Source of the DNA: a virus
Taxonomy: Duplodnaviria; Caudoviricetes
IMG/VR virus record: IMGVR_UViG_3300025314_000014
Location: 4,371-68,370 of that record
Direction: 5' to 3' (one strand)
DNA: 64,000 bases
The translations under genes were made by a program, and so were the position numbers. The stretch's first letter is position 1. The number at the start of each line of letters is the position of its first letter. The notes beneath the pieces were generated by a model, which did no database searches, had not been told where the DNA came from, and saw only the letters and a list, made by a program, of their open reading frames with translations. This document shows positions 48,201-57,429 of this stretch, piece after piece.

Positions 48201-50315
48201 TAGGTTGTAGCTCCGTATAGCTTTTTCAATGTCCGAAGCCTCAGCCCCAACAAAATCATACTTGTCGGGGTCAGACAAGACTTCGGCCCAGTGTGTGCTA
48301 GATACTCCATCCTTTGGGGTGGCAGTTCGGATTAGTCCTGTTTCCAAATCTACATCTAGCGCCCGCATCTCGTGTTCCATCGCGCTCTGGACAACGGCTG
48401 TCCACGATTGAGTGCGGCGTATCTTATCAATGACACGGTACATCGCTTCCCGCGCCTCTTTAGTCATCACCTTATCGGGAATCTTGTCAGGATGAGGAAT
48501 CGCGGGGTCAGACGATGGGCGGACAGGCTCTCCTGTAACTTCGTCGGCACCTAGGTCGGCAGAGCGTTGGGCACGGGCAGCATTGTCAGATTCATCAAGG
48601 ATAGAACTGATGTTAGTGTGAACACCAATATCGTCCACCTCAGAGGTAATCTTACCAGCTTGTTGTTCTATATCCTCAATAGCATCGAAGAACTTAGCCT
48701 GAAGGTCAGTTGTCTTCTTACCTACTCGAATCTTGTAAGAGTTTGTGACCTTGGTGTAGCTAGTGATTTTACCAGTTTGTCCACTAAGTGGGCCTTTAGT
48801 GATTGAGACTTGTGTTCCCTTGGGATAAAGATTCTCAGGGTCAGTGAGAAGCCTAGCTACATCTTCAGGAATTCCAGCTTTAGAAAGTGAATCAGAGACA
48901 TCTCCGACCTCTTCACCAGCAAGCCTAGGACTCTCAGCAATACGTGCTGTCGTTTCGTCCAGAAGCTCCTCGGCAGTTTTACCTGCCTTTATCTCGTCCT
49001 CAATCTGTACTCTCATGGGAGACTTAATAGTAGGAGGTTCCTGAGTAGGACGGCCAGTGAGGGGGTTGATTTCCTTCTCTTGAATAAGGTCTGTCAGAGT
49101 GCGTTGACGCGCAGCAAGGTCTTCGACATTGGTAACGGCAGTTTCCACGCCTGAGTTGGTGGCTCTGGCCCACTTGACTCCAGCCTCATACGGGTCATCC
49201 TCGTTCATAACCCATCGAGAGAAGGCCAATCCCTGTGCTTTCGGGTCAGCTTCCCCTAAGATTCCCGCAGCTAGTCGCGTGCCTCGTTCTTTCTCAAGGG
49301 TTTGAACAGTGCCCTTAGCAAGACCACGAAGCGTTGCCCGAAGAGTGCCTTTGCCAATAGCGCGGAAACCTTTGTAGAAGCCAACGGCTGCACCAGGCTC
49401 TAATCCAGTAGCAACAAGTTGTGATATTACATCCGCTGTTGCTCTAGCACCGGAAACTCCTGGTCGTAGACTTAGGAAAGGCAAAGCGGATACAAGATAA
49501 ATCGGATTAAGTAACTCAGCCCCAACTTCTGTGACTGCACGGCTTCGTACTGCGCGTGATAAGACATTCTCCCTACCCCCTCGTCCCTCCAGAGTTCGGG
49601 CTAACGCCTCTTGTGCTCCTAGAACCACTGGGCGAGAAAGAACTTTAGCCTCATCAGCAGCATCAAGGCGAGCCTGCAATTCTCTGCTTATATCCAGAGA
49701 AGGGCCAAAGTGCTCCTCAGCCTCCCTCTCTGTCATAAAGGGCTCCTCACCTTTTAGGAGTGGTAGGACACCCTTGAAGCGACGAGTCCTATTGAAAGCA
49801 CTCTCAATATCGTGCACAGTGTCCCTAATTGCTACATCGGCAATGAAGTCTCCCTCTTTGAGAAGAGCACCGCCAAGCTTACTCCAGAATCCTCTATTCC
49901 TTTCAGCTTCATCCCTAGCATACTTTTCAGGTATACCGTGGGCTACAGCGTTTTGTACTGCCTCATCAATAGCACTATCAAAGTCCAATCCCTGTCGGGC
50001 ACGGATGCCCGCATAGTTGAGGATAAAGTGCTGAGTGCGTTGTTCAGGAGTCTCTAGGTCTGGTGGTACTTTTCCTTGTACTGATAGTGTAGCGTGTTCC
50101 CGCAGTTTCTTGAGTCTCTCTATCCCCTCACGGGCATAGTCAGGGTCTTCTCGCTGAAATGAAAGGTCAAAGGGAGTTCCAGCAGCAGTGCGGGTGGAAA
50201 AGGGAACAAGACGGCGGGGCTGAGTCTGTTGCTCAACCTGCCTAAATGTACGCATGGCAGCCTCAGTCTGAAGCTGCTTTGCTCGTTTCTTCTTGGATGC
50301 GAAACCAGGTAACAT
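45285..50315 (-). CDS. Large internal virion (ejection) protein B
   Basis: 1676 aa; ASADMSFIGLQ, RYVHR and RSKQSP match ATADASFMGVQ, IYTHR and RTKASP of 2962..6768. Confidence 0.65.
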   Translation of the reverse strand: MLPGFASKKKRAKQLQTEAAMRTFRQVEQQTQPRRLVPFSTRTAAGTPFDLSFQREDPDYAREGIERLKKLREHATLSVQGKVPPDLETPEQRTQHFILNYAGIRARQGLDFDSAIDEAVQNAVAHGIPEKYARDEAERNRGFWSKLGGALLKEGDFIADVAIRDTVHDIESAFNRTRRFKGVLPLLKGEEPFMTEREAEEHFGPSLDISRELQARLDAADEAKVLSRPVVLGAQEALARTLEGRGGRENVLSRAVRSRAVTEVGAELLNPIYLVSALPFLSLRPGVSGARATADVISQLVATGLEPGAAVGFYKGFRAIGKGTLRATLRGLAKGTVQTLEKERGTRLAAGILGEADPKAQGLAFSRWVMNEDDPYEAGVKWARATNSGVETAVTNVEDLAARQRTLTDLIQEKEINPLTGRPTQEPPTIKSPMRVQIEDEIKAGKTAEELLDETTARIAESPRLAGEEVGDVSDSLSKAGIPEDVARLLTDPENLYPKGTQVSITKGPLSGQTGKITSYTKVTNSYKIRVGKKTTDLQAKFFDAIEDIEQQAGKITSEVDDIGVHTNISSILDESDNAARAQRSADLGADEVTGEPVRPSSDPAIPHPDKIPDKVMTKEAREAMYRVIDKIRRTQSWTAVVQSAMEHEMRALDVDLETGLIRTATPKDGVSSTHWAEVLSDPDKYDFVGAEASDIEKAIRSYNLFTFQSVEDGVRAGIFDDAFLNFIKPDGKRYVHRVAISIEQDGEVIELRRSSRHGPLGQKQSHQMPRTRETIDEAGRPEVVYLNNPSAALAEFIEEVNYRIAVKELANDLEKYAVTPHAQQATRVAYDEAREKAQSLSTQLEDLTRTRLVMLDEERLAEAAGEVKNAERLRSNLTAIELDLDQTNKELKTARSQAKRLQKTVAYEKKTFRSINIELQGIREPFAGGKLYPKSVADTVERTLRLNHRGIVYGTAVKGLELLREVNKVFKPVWASADMSFIGLQTLPSLAVNPVAFADMMKVTFSSAVDGDVYNAWVHSHLPLLQDMIDDGVPMLGTELSATDLLNRIEKTAGKWSTKYTPLWFMKGGNHMWNRAVNMIGASLYEQNRALMEEVGHSNYLHLAQKAFGPNIVGKDITSARRALADVVSHGTGRLSANDLMHRGPGMRLLSDSILFAGQYFESYLRLIMDARRLGIRGNLGRRLLAGWATTAIGGYVALSYILGQEPKLDPTKYGSQILTVRLGNQNVGFGGVLQQLMLYGGRLSEAKSPQDVFDITERFVRSKQSPALSFASDLFINRADYIGRKLDTRNSILAYLASRFVPFVGQDMLRETLARGLSGDWRLPEELNPTNVIGTLLGGRSFPVSKKTLRNEIGVEEYRLNNPQSKETDEYIVDNYINPQVFMSDPENYPRTMKAQEEVDAWQRETGSKWQEYSDKRQSYNDNQFQKDIEDGAKEIQWGRAGGGVTFREDVLPEAYAGKNSYNDQTLLDLGLNPDDLPEVQGNDIKLLRDYHALNYDSYKAADGITPDPEGYKAAQQSILNQMSPAMRGFIESGKDGRITSRKGKDANTRLISTRTDLRRWFDAPKYKGLTGDESKQVDQLLEWASTLHDMATLSGVSIDRRKIIAMMGSIPQYSKLAAVAFFATFEGLKSMVLSDEQEKITMSNGDLAVFYPFTYEDLSDELKVDWAKLYGMR

Positions 50316-50369
50316 TATGGGAAGTGGGGGCCGGAGCCGGAGAGAAAGCTCGACGGCCCCCGAAATTGT

Positions 50370-51161
50370 CTAACGACCACCAAACACACCTGTCGGAGTG
50401 ACGGACTGTATTCTCTTGCCAAACTCTTCAGCACTAACTCCACCACCTAGTGCCTCGTTGCCTACCCCGAAAGCTGAACGAAGGAGTGTGGTCACTGCAT
50501 CTCCGCCCTGCTGGGCTTGTCGAGCAGTCTGGTAAACACTGGGCAGTCCTAGGACACCCTGTCCCGTAATGTCAATATTTCCGCCTGTTATCCCCCTCAA
50601 TGCCTGCTCTGTACTCTGCTCAAACTGTTGAGCACCCTGCATAGCTGGTAGGGCCTTGAACTCACCACCAACTCCACCTAGAGCTTGTCCTCCCATGCCC
50701 GTTGCAAGAAGGACTGCACGCACAGGGTCAGTACCTAGCATTTGAGCAAACATCTGTTGTCGCCCAAATTCCAACTCCTGCAACTTCTGCTTCTCCGCAA
50801 ATGCCTGTCTCATCTGCTCAAGTTCTTTAGCATTTGCACCTTGTAGTTGAGCGAGGGCATAATCGGCGTCGAACTGGAGTTTCTGCTGAAGCTGGATTTG
50901 CTTTAGCTGTTCGGCTCCCTGTAGCTGGATTTGCTTTAGCTGTTCTCCTGCAGCAAATTGTGCTCCTGCTTGAGTTTGAGTGTAAGGAGTTGGGGCAGCG
51001 CCTCCACCGCCTCCACCACTCGCTTGCCCCTGTAGGAATGACTGAAATAACGCCATCAACTCTGGCGGAATACCACCAGTAGGTGTTGTTGTTCCAGTCT
51101 TAGGCTTTCCCCATATATCAAGACCCTGTTGGGCCAGAAATAGGTCAGGAGTTAATACCAT
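50370..51161 (-). CDS. Putative internal virion protein
   Basis: Gln/Gly-rich; 23-bp repeat with 33-bp period (50890-50912, 50923-50945) encoding EQLKQIQLQ twice. Confidence 0.55.
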   Translation of the reverse strand: MVLTPDLFLAQQGLDIWGKPKTGTTTPTGGIPPELMALFQSFLQGQASGGGGGGAAPTPYTQTQAGAQFAAGEQLKQIQLQGAEQLKQIQLQQKLQFDADYALAQLQGANAKELEQMRQAFAEKQKLQELEFGRQQMFAQMLGTDPVRAVLLATGMGGQALGGVGGEFKALPAMQGAQQFEQSTEQALRGITGGNIDITGQGVLGLPSVYQTARQAQQGGDAVTTLLRSAFGVGNEALGGGVSAEEFGKRIQSVTPTGVFGGR

Positions 51162-51451
51162 TATCTCTGTCCTTCCTTTATCTTTGTCTCCATCTTTATG
51201 ATAGCCTCAACTACTTCTTTCCTGATGAGCGAACGACCATCCCTGCCCATCTTCATGTTATCTTGGAGCATCTTCTGAAAGGCTGCTGGGTTTATACGAA
51301 GGGCCAGGTATTCATTGAATGCCTCATCCTCGGTCATATCCTCACCACCAAAGGGTTTGACCCCCATTGCCTTCCGCAACTCCTGTTTCTGCTTGTAGAT
51401 ACGTTCAGCAGCCAACTTGGGGGCTTCTTCTAGCATTGTTACTTTGTCCAT
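51161..51451 (-). CDS. Conserved portal-adjacent protein
   Basis: Positional and motif counterpart of 8836..9141. Confidence 0.6.
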   Translation of the reverse strand: MDKVTMLEEAPKLAAERIYKQKQELRKAMGVKPFGGEDMTEDEAFNEYLALRINPAAFQKMLQDNMKMGRDGRSLIRKEVVEAIIKMETKIKEGQR

Positions 51452-53319
51452 TACTGCACCAGTCCTGTTCCTATTTGGGGAGTCCCTGGCATTGGTTGCT
51501 CCTTCTGTGTCGTTAGCCCTCTCCCGCCCTGTATTGATTGAGGAGCGCCGCCTGTGGGGAATGGCCCATTGCCCAAGCCCATCATTCCGCCAAGCATGTC
51601 TTGGAGTTCAGGTGGTAGAGCACTTTGTAGAGCGCTCATGTCTGTAAACTCATTAACATTCTCAAGAAGGTCGAATTCGTCTAACACCTCTTGCATCATC
51701 TTGGCCTGTACAGGGGGCAGCTTCTCTAGTTCACCAACTAGCTTCTCCATCCGCAGCATGGCTGGGTTCTCCACGTCAAGGATATTCTCAACAATCCAAT
51801 CCCACGGCATCCCGAACTGGAGGAACATATTGGCCGTGCCAATGTCCTGAGCACGGTCAACCGGCCCCTTGGGTTCAATACTTGCGTTCATGCGCCCACG
51901 GGCAGCCTTAGCCATTGCCACAGTACATTCATGTCCGTCTACAACAATACTCTCACCAAGCTGTTCAACTCCACGGAAGAACAAGTCCATAACATTTGTG
52001 ATGCCTTGGGCCATGTGCTGGGAGATGGGAGTCAATTTGGAACGTGCGACGTTGATTCGTAGGTTGACTTGGAACGCGGGTGCCGAACCCTGAACACGCC
52101 CGAACAGTACATCCTCAAGGGTATGGCGCTGAATAAGGTCATCTACCTCTGTGATAAGCTTTTCAGCATCGAAGAGACCCTGTGGGTATGGAAGCATTTG
52201 CAATAGTTCGTCTGAGTAGGTTGCTGTAACGCCCCCAAGCCTGACTTGGAACTTGGGGCGAGTCTTTCCACCCTGCGCTACTCCAGACTCAGGCAGCTTC
52301 AGTTCATATGAGGGTAGGTAATAGGCTCCTACCATAGTTGCCAGACGAGAGATGAGTAGGTCGTAAACCTCTAAAGCCTCGTGAGCGTCGGCCAAAAAGC
52401 TTTTGTACCTATCTGTGTAATCCCGCATCTCCGTTTTAATCCCTGGGAACATGACAACGGGACATTTACCTAGACCATGCTGCCACGATTTGAGTAGTTT
52501 GTAGTCACCCTTTGGGGTTGCGGTGATGGGGAGTTGAACGTGTGCCTGCTCAGGAGAGGTATTGACTAGGTAATACTGTACATAATTGTAGTCCGTGTAC
52601 TCAACAACACTTACTTCATCAAACCATTTAAGAGCACCAGAGGCCATGAGACCCTTAATATCAGAAGAGTTCATTCCATTCTTGTCGGCAAGGATACCCG
52701 CGACAACCCTCTTCTCTTCAATAGTGGCGATTGTGTTGTCCTCTGCATCGAGAAGAGGCAGAATACTCATGGTTGGTATGTGTTGCATGACGAAGGGGAA
52801 CTTGGCCTCAGACGACTTCCACTTCTTAATAACCTCTAGGTAATCCTCTGGGGATTGCCGAGCCTTTCTGACTGGATAGCCAGCTTGGGCTGTCCAGACT
52901 GAGGGGAGTGGAAGTGCCTTGAGGAAGGCACGACCATAGATTAGTACATCTTTGGCTATACTCGGCCAAAAATCAGTACGTAGAAGCTGCTGCTCAAACA
53001 CCTTGGCAGCAACAAGCTCGGTTGCTTCAGCCAATGCCTTGTCGTCTGTCTTTGGAGTCAGTGGTTCCATAGACCACGATGGCATTGCCATGACAAGACC
53101 GGCGGCATGCTCTATGATACCCCCAGCGCGTCCTGAATGTACCTCGAAGGGCTGGATATTGCGGTCAGGGTCATCCTCCAAGACTTCAATCTTGTTTCGG
53201 CGGTGTACAAGGTCACGAATAACCTCATTTTCCGCGATAGTGGGCGACCAATCTGTGATAAGTTTGTCGTGAAGCTCTTGCACGGTCTCAGCCGTGGGCT
53301 TTGGTAGGTTCATAGTCAT
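51451..53319 (-). CDS. Portal protein B (start revised to about 53319)
   Basis: Downstream of TerL; WQHGLGKCPVV motif typical of podoviral portals; ATG overlaps the upstream stop (TAATG). Confidence 0.8.
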   Translation of the reverse strand: MTMNLPKPTAETVQELHDKLITDWSPTIAENEVIRDLVHRRNKIEVLEDDPDRNIQPFEVHSGRAGGIIEHAAGLVMAMPSWSMEPLTPKTDDKALAEATELVAAKVFEQQLLRTDFWPSIAKDVLIYGRAFLKALPLPSVWTAQAGYPVRKARQSPEDYLEVIKKWKSSEAKFPFVMQHIPTMSILPLLDAEDNTIATIEEKRVVAGILADKNGMNSSDIKGLMASGALKWFDEVSVVEYTDYNYVQYYLVNTSPEQAHVQLPITATPKGDYKLLKSWQHGLGKCPVVMFPGIKTEMRDYTDRYKSFLADAHEALEVYDLLISRLATMVGAYYLPSYELKLPESGVAQGGKTRPKFQVRLGGVTATYSDELLQMLPYPQGLFDAEKLITEVDDLIQRHTLEDVLFGRVQGSAPAFQVNLRINVARSKLTPISQHMAQGITNVMDLFFRGVEQLGESIVVDGHECTVAMAKAARGRMNASIEPKGPVDRAQDIGTANMFLQFGMPWDWIVENILDVENPAMLRMEKLVGELEKLPPVQAKMMQEVLDEFDLLENVNEFTDMSALQSALPPELQDMLGGMMGLGNGPFPTGGAPQSIQGGRGLTTQKEQPMPGTPQIGTGLVQ

Positions 53320-53477
53320 TAGTTGACCTTTATCAGCGCCGGAGTGGTCAGTACACGGTGCACTTTGTCCTCTTTGCTGCAAGTGGGGCACCCAACAGGG
53401 ACATCGCGGTGCTGCATTAGTCTAATTTCATCCCATTCCGTGCCGTCGCGGTCACACTTGTACGTATAGAAAGCTAT
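53319..53477 (-). CDS. FmdB-like zinc-ribbon protein with apparent ATA start (not in ORF track)
   Basis: (I/M)AFYTYKCDRDGTEWDEIRLMQHRDVPVGCPTCSKEDKVHRVLTTP; GGAGG 9 nt upstream of ATA. Confidence 0.65.
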   Translation of the reverse strand: MAFYTYKCDRDGTEWDEIRLMQHRDVPVGCPTCSKEDKVHRVLTTPALIKVN

Positions 53478-53479
53478 GA

Positions 53480-53839
53480 CTACTGCCCTCCTAACCATGA
53501 AGCAAGTTTCTGTAGCTTCATACTGTAATCTTTACACTGCTCTACGATATCTAGAACTTCTGCTCTACGCCGCAAATTCCAATGAAATATAAGCTTATTC
53601 CCTAACCCTTTGGGCCATATCGCTGATATGGAACCAGCACCTACTTTCCGTAGAAGAACTGATATCACTTCTGGGTCGGTGTTAGAAACACCAACGTAGG
53701 GGTAGAGAACAGGAGTTTGGCCATTGGTTCTGTAACTAGCATGTCCCTCTCCCTCTATCAAGGCTCCTATCCAGGCTCTTTCGACCTCTGTCATAGATAG
53801 AACACGACTAGACATACAGTTCTTAGGTTTTATAGACAT
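53480..53839 (-). CDS. Free-standing single-motif LAGLIDADG homing endonuclease-like protein
   Basis: ERAWIGALIEGEG, VGVSNTDPEVI. Confidence 0.8.
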   Translation of the reverse strand: MSIKPKNCMSSRVLSMTEVERAWIGALIEGEGHASYRTNGQTPVLYPYVGVSNTDPEVISVLLRKVGAGSISAIWPKGLGNKLIFHWNLRRRAEVLDIVEQCKDYSMKLQKLASWLGGQ

Positions 53840-53842
53840 AGC

Positions 53843-55249
53843 TCACCGCATCTCCATAATTATCCTTGGTCGATTGAGGATTGTTGAAGGATGCCTCATT
53901 TTGGTAAGGTTGTCAATGAGTAAAAAAAGTGCGTCCAAGTCGTCATCGTGCCCTGTGTTCGGGTAATGAGTCAATTGGTACTCACAATCAGGGAACCACT
54001 CCTCTCCAGAAGGGAAAAGTACGTGTCCACCGTGCAAAAACGGTGCAATTGCGTGGGCGCGGGTCATTTTCCCACCTTTGTAGGGCATTGCTTGGACTGG
54101 AAGCATCGAGTGGGCCATCAAAGTCTGTACAGCGGGAGTTCCAGAGGCCGCATCTTCGACCCAAATGGCAAATTCGTTCCATTTTTGGGCAGATTCAGCG
54201 ATTTGGTCGAGCAAACCAGGAAGTCCCCAGCGTCCTTTGATGCGGTCAAGGATGTAAATACGTCCGTGCTTGTCCATCCCCCCAATATACCCAACTGTGA
54301 AATCGTTTTGTTCCTTCTCTTTGAACGCTGTATCCCACGAAGAGGCCACAAGTAGGTCAAGCTCATCCCTTATATACTTCGGAGGACGACTGTAGCTGTC
54401 CCAAGTGTGCAGTTTACGGATGATTTGGGCCTCTCCACCCTTGGTATCACCCATATATTGCATGGCAAACATGGCCGGAGATTGGTAACGCTTGTTAATC
54501 AGGAACTCAGCGGGATAAGCCTCCTCCCAATATGACTTGTCACCGCGCAAAAGTGCGGCAGTGTGCAAGACTTTTACTCCCTTTTGGCTCAATTTCCGAC
54601 CGATAAAGTCGGCATCACTCCACCTAGTGCCAATTACTACTTCCCAAGCGTCTGAGGTGAGGCGCGTGGAGATTGCGTTGTCGTAGTTTTCCCAAACTTT
54701 GTCTAGGTTTGCCTTGGTTCCTGAGTTCTTTTGGTCGTGGGGGTCGTCAATGACCAATCCATTGAGTCTATATGCCACGACTGCCGAAGTAGTGCCACCA
54801 GCCCTAAGAGTTGGGTGTGGGTCAGCGAGGTCTGTTCTAGAGACTTGGAACTCACTGGTGCCCCATCTTCGCTTGTCAGGTCGGACTTCTGGGAAGGTAA
54901 TGCGATAGGGGAGACTAGACTCGATGAGATTCCTAATGGCGTAACTACGACTCCAGCCAACGGAGTCCGCGTAGGAGAGAAGTCCGTAATGTCTGTCCGG
55001 TAGCCTACCAAGCATCCATGCAGTAAATCCCACACCGACAAGCTGGGTCTTTCCACTACCAGGGGGAGCGATGATGATAAGTTTCCGCCCATTTGGGTCA
55101 TCTCCTATCTTTTGTAGTTCTTCAATCCACTGTTTTTGGTGCGCTGCGGGGTTGAATCCAAGTACAAAGCGGCAAAACTCGGCAAAATTCTGCCTAGCAC
55201 GTTCCCCTCGCTTTATTAACTTTTCTGTTTTACTACTTCCCTCTATCAA
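53843..55249 (-). CDS. terL: Terminase large subunit B
   Basis: Walker A APPGSGKT, Walker B LVIDDP, GTRW, SWDTAFK, VED, HDDDLDA. Confidence 0.93.
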   Translation of the reverse strand: MIEGSSKTEKLIKRGERARQNFAEFCRFVLGFNPAAHQKQWIEELQKIGDDPNGRKLIIIAPPGSGKTQLVGVGFTAWMLGRLPDRHYGLLSYADSVGWSRSYAIRNLIESSLPYRITFPEVRPDKRRWGTSEFQVSRTDLADPHPTLRAGGTTSAVVAYRLNGLVIDDPHDQKNSGTKANLDKVWENYDNAISTRLTSDAWEVVIGTRWSDADFIGRKLSQKGVKVLHTAALLRGDKSYWEEAYPAEFLINKRYQSPAMFAMQYMGDTKGGEAQIIRKLHTWDSYSRPPKYIRDELDLLVASSWDTAFKEKEQNDFTVGYIGGMDKHGRIYILDRIKGRWGLPGLLDQIAESAQKWNEFAIWVEDAASGTPAVQTLMAHSMLPVQAMPYKGGKMTRAHAIAPFLHGGHVLFPSGEEWFPDCEYQLTHYPNTGHDDDLDALFLLIDNLTKMRHPSTILNRPRIIMEMR

Positions 55250-55661
55250 GCAACTCCTGCAACTCTTCCTCTGGTTGCTTTAGAAGAGTAGATTCAACAG
55301 ATTTAACCGCTCTAGTTGAACGCGTAGCGGTTTCCTCTGCTGATTTGCCGAGCACCTTGTCGATTGCCCATAGTGCGGCCTTTAATTGTGAGCTAACCAC
55401 TCCTGGTTCGCCGCCTTGTTTCGCAATCTTCAAGACTATCTCGGTATTCTCAACTACGCTTTCGCGTAGCAAGGTGACGGCCTGACTTGTCAGGTCTACT
55501 CGAAGTTCGTCAATCCTTGCTGTAAAGTCCTCCTCCTTCATCCACCGACTGACAGTCTGTGGGTAAACTCCCATCTCACGGGCTACGTCTACCTGTTTCC
55601 ATCCCTCAGCGATGAGGAGGGCTGCTTTCTCTTTTCGGGGGTCAAGCTTGGTTACGGCCAT
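55233..55661 (-). CDS. terS: Terminase small subunit B
   Basis: N-terminal HTH (QVDVAREMGVYPQTVSRW) overlapping the terL start. Confidence 0.75.
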   Translation of the reverse strand: MAVTKLDPRKEKAALLIAEGWKQVDVAREMGVYPQTVSRWMKEEDFTARIDELRVDLTSQAVTLLRESVVENTEIVLKIAKQGGEPGVVSSQLKAALWAIDKVLGKSAEETATRSTRAVKSVESTLLKQPEEELQELLDRGK

Positions 55662-55698
55662 TTGTTATTATAAAGACCCCCTGCGCTCGTTCCTTGCT

Positions 55699-55727
55699 AT
55701 TATACACCATTTGAAAGAGTTTGTCAA
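55699..55727 (-). promoter_or_regulatory. Sigma70-type promoter of morphogenesis operon B
   Basis: TTGACA-17-TATAAT. Confidence 0.85.
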
Positions 55728-55748
55728 GATGTGAGGGAAAGTTATCAA

Positions 55749-55967
55749 TTACATCTTCTCAACGAACTTCTTGTGCATAGTTGTATAACACTTACAACAC
55801 TGTAGATGGTCATTGGAGTATTCACTGCAGTAACAGTGCTCACAGGCAAAAGGTCTATAATTAATGTAACAAGAGCACGGATACCTATTACAATAAGTAC
55901 ACAAGACAAAGGACGAATTGCTCCCGCTCATTGACTGCATCTTTCCCTCCTCCATAACATTACTCAT
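55749..55967 (-). CDS. Small Cys-rich protein
   Basis: Multiple CxxC/CxC; own promoter upstream; AT-rich. Confidence 0.55.
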   Translation of the reverse strand: MSNVMEEGKMQSMSGSNSSFVLCTYCNRYPCSCYINYRPFACEHCYCSEYSNDHLQCCKCYTTMHKKFVEKM

Positions 55968-55977
55968 CTTTGCCTAC

Positions 55978-56006
55978 ATTATAACATATCCGCGCACCTT
56001 TGTCAA
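55978..56006 (-). promoter_or_regulatory. Sigma70-type promoter
   Basis: TTGACA-17-TATAAT with TGn. Confidence 0.8.
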
Positions 56007-56455
56007 GCCCCCACACTATTTTATATTTCTGCCTATTTATAACACCCCCTTTTGACCACCCTTTGCAGAAAATCCCGCTCTCGATTTAAGTACCTACCCC
56101 CCTATTAATTCTTGATACCATAGAAAGTTAAGGGTCTGGTTTCGCGGGCCGTGCCTTGTCCGATGGACATCCTATCCCTCGCGCCTGCCTGTGCACGTGC
56201 GGCGTACGATGGGCATACCCCCAGGGGGTATATGAAGTCGTATCTGAGGATGAGCTATTCTGAGATGCCCCTATCTGACGTGGGAGTATTTGGGTGCATT
56301 TGGGCTGTGATAGGAACGCGACGCAAGTTGACAAACGCCGAATGAACGGAGTACCCTCATCATAGTACATTCACATAGCGCCCACATATCAGGCGCACGG
56401 CGGACAAGCTGGCAGCAAAAGTCCCCCACCGTGACTTCCAGAGCCGCCGCAATAC

Positions 56456-56797
56456 GAATCAATGCCCTAACCTGACTGTCGGGCAGAGAGTGAGCTCCCG
56501 ATGGCCAAGCTATACCGCCTGACATTCAACGTATCGGGAAGCGGATACTTCCCCTTTGACATGCTTAGGTATGACGCATGCTTTCCCTGTACAAGCGAGG
56601 ATTGCGTGGAGCTAACGCGCAAAGGCGAACGACGGATAGGGCTCGTTCGCGTCTTTCACGGCAACAAAGCCAATGCATCCTATCAGGTGACTCCTGGGAG
56701 GTGGCGGTCATTCGGCTGGCGTCTTAGTGACCTAAGCAATCCGCAAGAGATTTCCTGACTGACAATTCGCCCGACAGTCAAGCTAGGGCATTGATTC
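56456..56797. repeat. 29-bp inverted repeat pair (27/29) flanking one ORF
   Basis: GAATCAATGCCCTAACCTGACTGTCGGGC (56456-56484) vs GCCCGACAGTCAAGCTAGGGCATTGATTC (56769-56797). Confidence 0.92.
56501..56758 (+). CDS. Hypothetical phage protein inside the inverted repeats
   Basis: 85 aa; FNVSGSGYFPFDMLRYDACFP...TPGRWRSFGW. Confidence 0.7.
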   Translation: MAKLYRLTFNVSGSGYFPFDMLRYDACFPCTSEDCVELTRKGERRIGLVRVFHGNKANASYQVTPGRWRSFGWRLSDLSNPQEIS

Positions 56798-57078
56798 ACA
56801 ATCCAAACCGCTTTCACTAGCGGTTTAGAATGCTTCTGCGCGTTGTCGGGAAGGATACTCCCATGACAGTACCGAGCTATTGCATCGGTACAGCAGACCC
56901 TGAGCTATCGCCAGATGAGCGGGAATATCTAGTCTCTTATTTGAGCGATTGGCTGAGGCATGGGCATGACATTTACTGCGCAGACTGTTCGCAGTCTGTC
57001 CGAGATGTAGTGCTCACAGATGATGGGCAGTTTGTATGTCGCCCGTGTTACGGTGACAAGGAAGGGAAGTAGACTCCA

Positions 57079-57429
57079 ATGACAACACGAGGCAAGGGTA
57101 AGACAACGGGGCTGGCGATACGTCTGTTTATCCTCAAGCTGATTGCGGTCAACGCAAAGCAAACGGGATTCAACGGCGTACACTGCAATTTCCCGCTTGT
57201 GTGGGCTGGCAATCTGTCATTCAACAAGCTGGTTAGTGCGGAGTTTGGCATCGATACCCAAGCTGTTCGGGCCGTGACCGATGCCATGACTGACACGGGC
57301 GAGATAGTCCGTCTACCCGCAAAAGGCGGCGTTCGGTTCTACCTACCGGACAAGGCCCCGGCTAGCTCGCCTGCGACAGTAAGCGCCAATGCCCTAACGG
57401 TGGCTACTAAGCTACTCCAGGCGAAGTAA
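57079..57429 (+). CDS. Hypothetical early protein
   Basis: 116 aa ORF in early arm B. Confidence 0.55.
   Translation: MTTRGKGKTTGLAIRLFILKLIAVNAKQTGFNGVHCNFPLVWAGNLSFNKLVSAEFGIDTQAVRAVTDAMTDTGEIVRLPAKGGVRFYLPDKAPASSPATVSANALTVATKLLQAK

Noticed and set aside
53480-53839. Intein or group I intron within terL
   Set aside because: terL ends intact before the endonuclease ORF; no intein terminal residues or intron core seen.
57387-57398. Third partial copy (CAATGCCCTAAC) of the 29-bp inverted repeat
   Set aside because: Only 12 bp and inside a coding region; compatible with chance.
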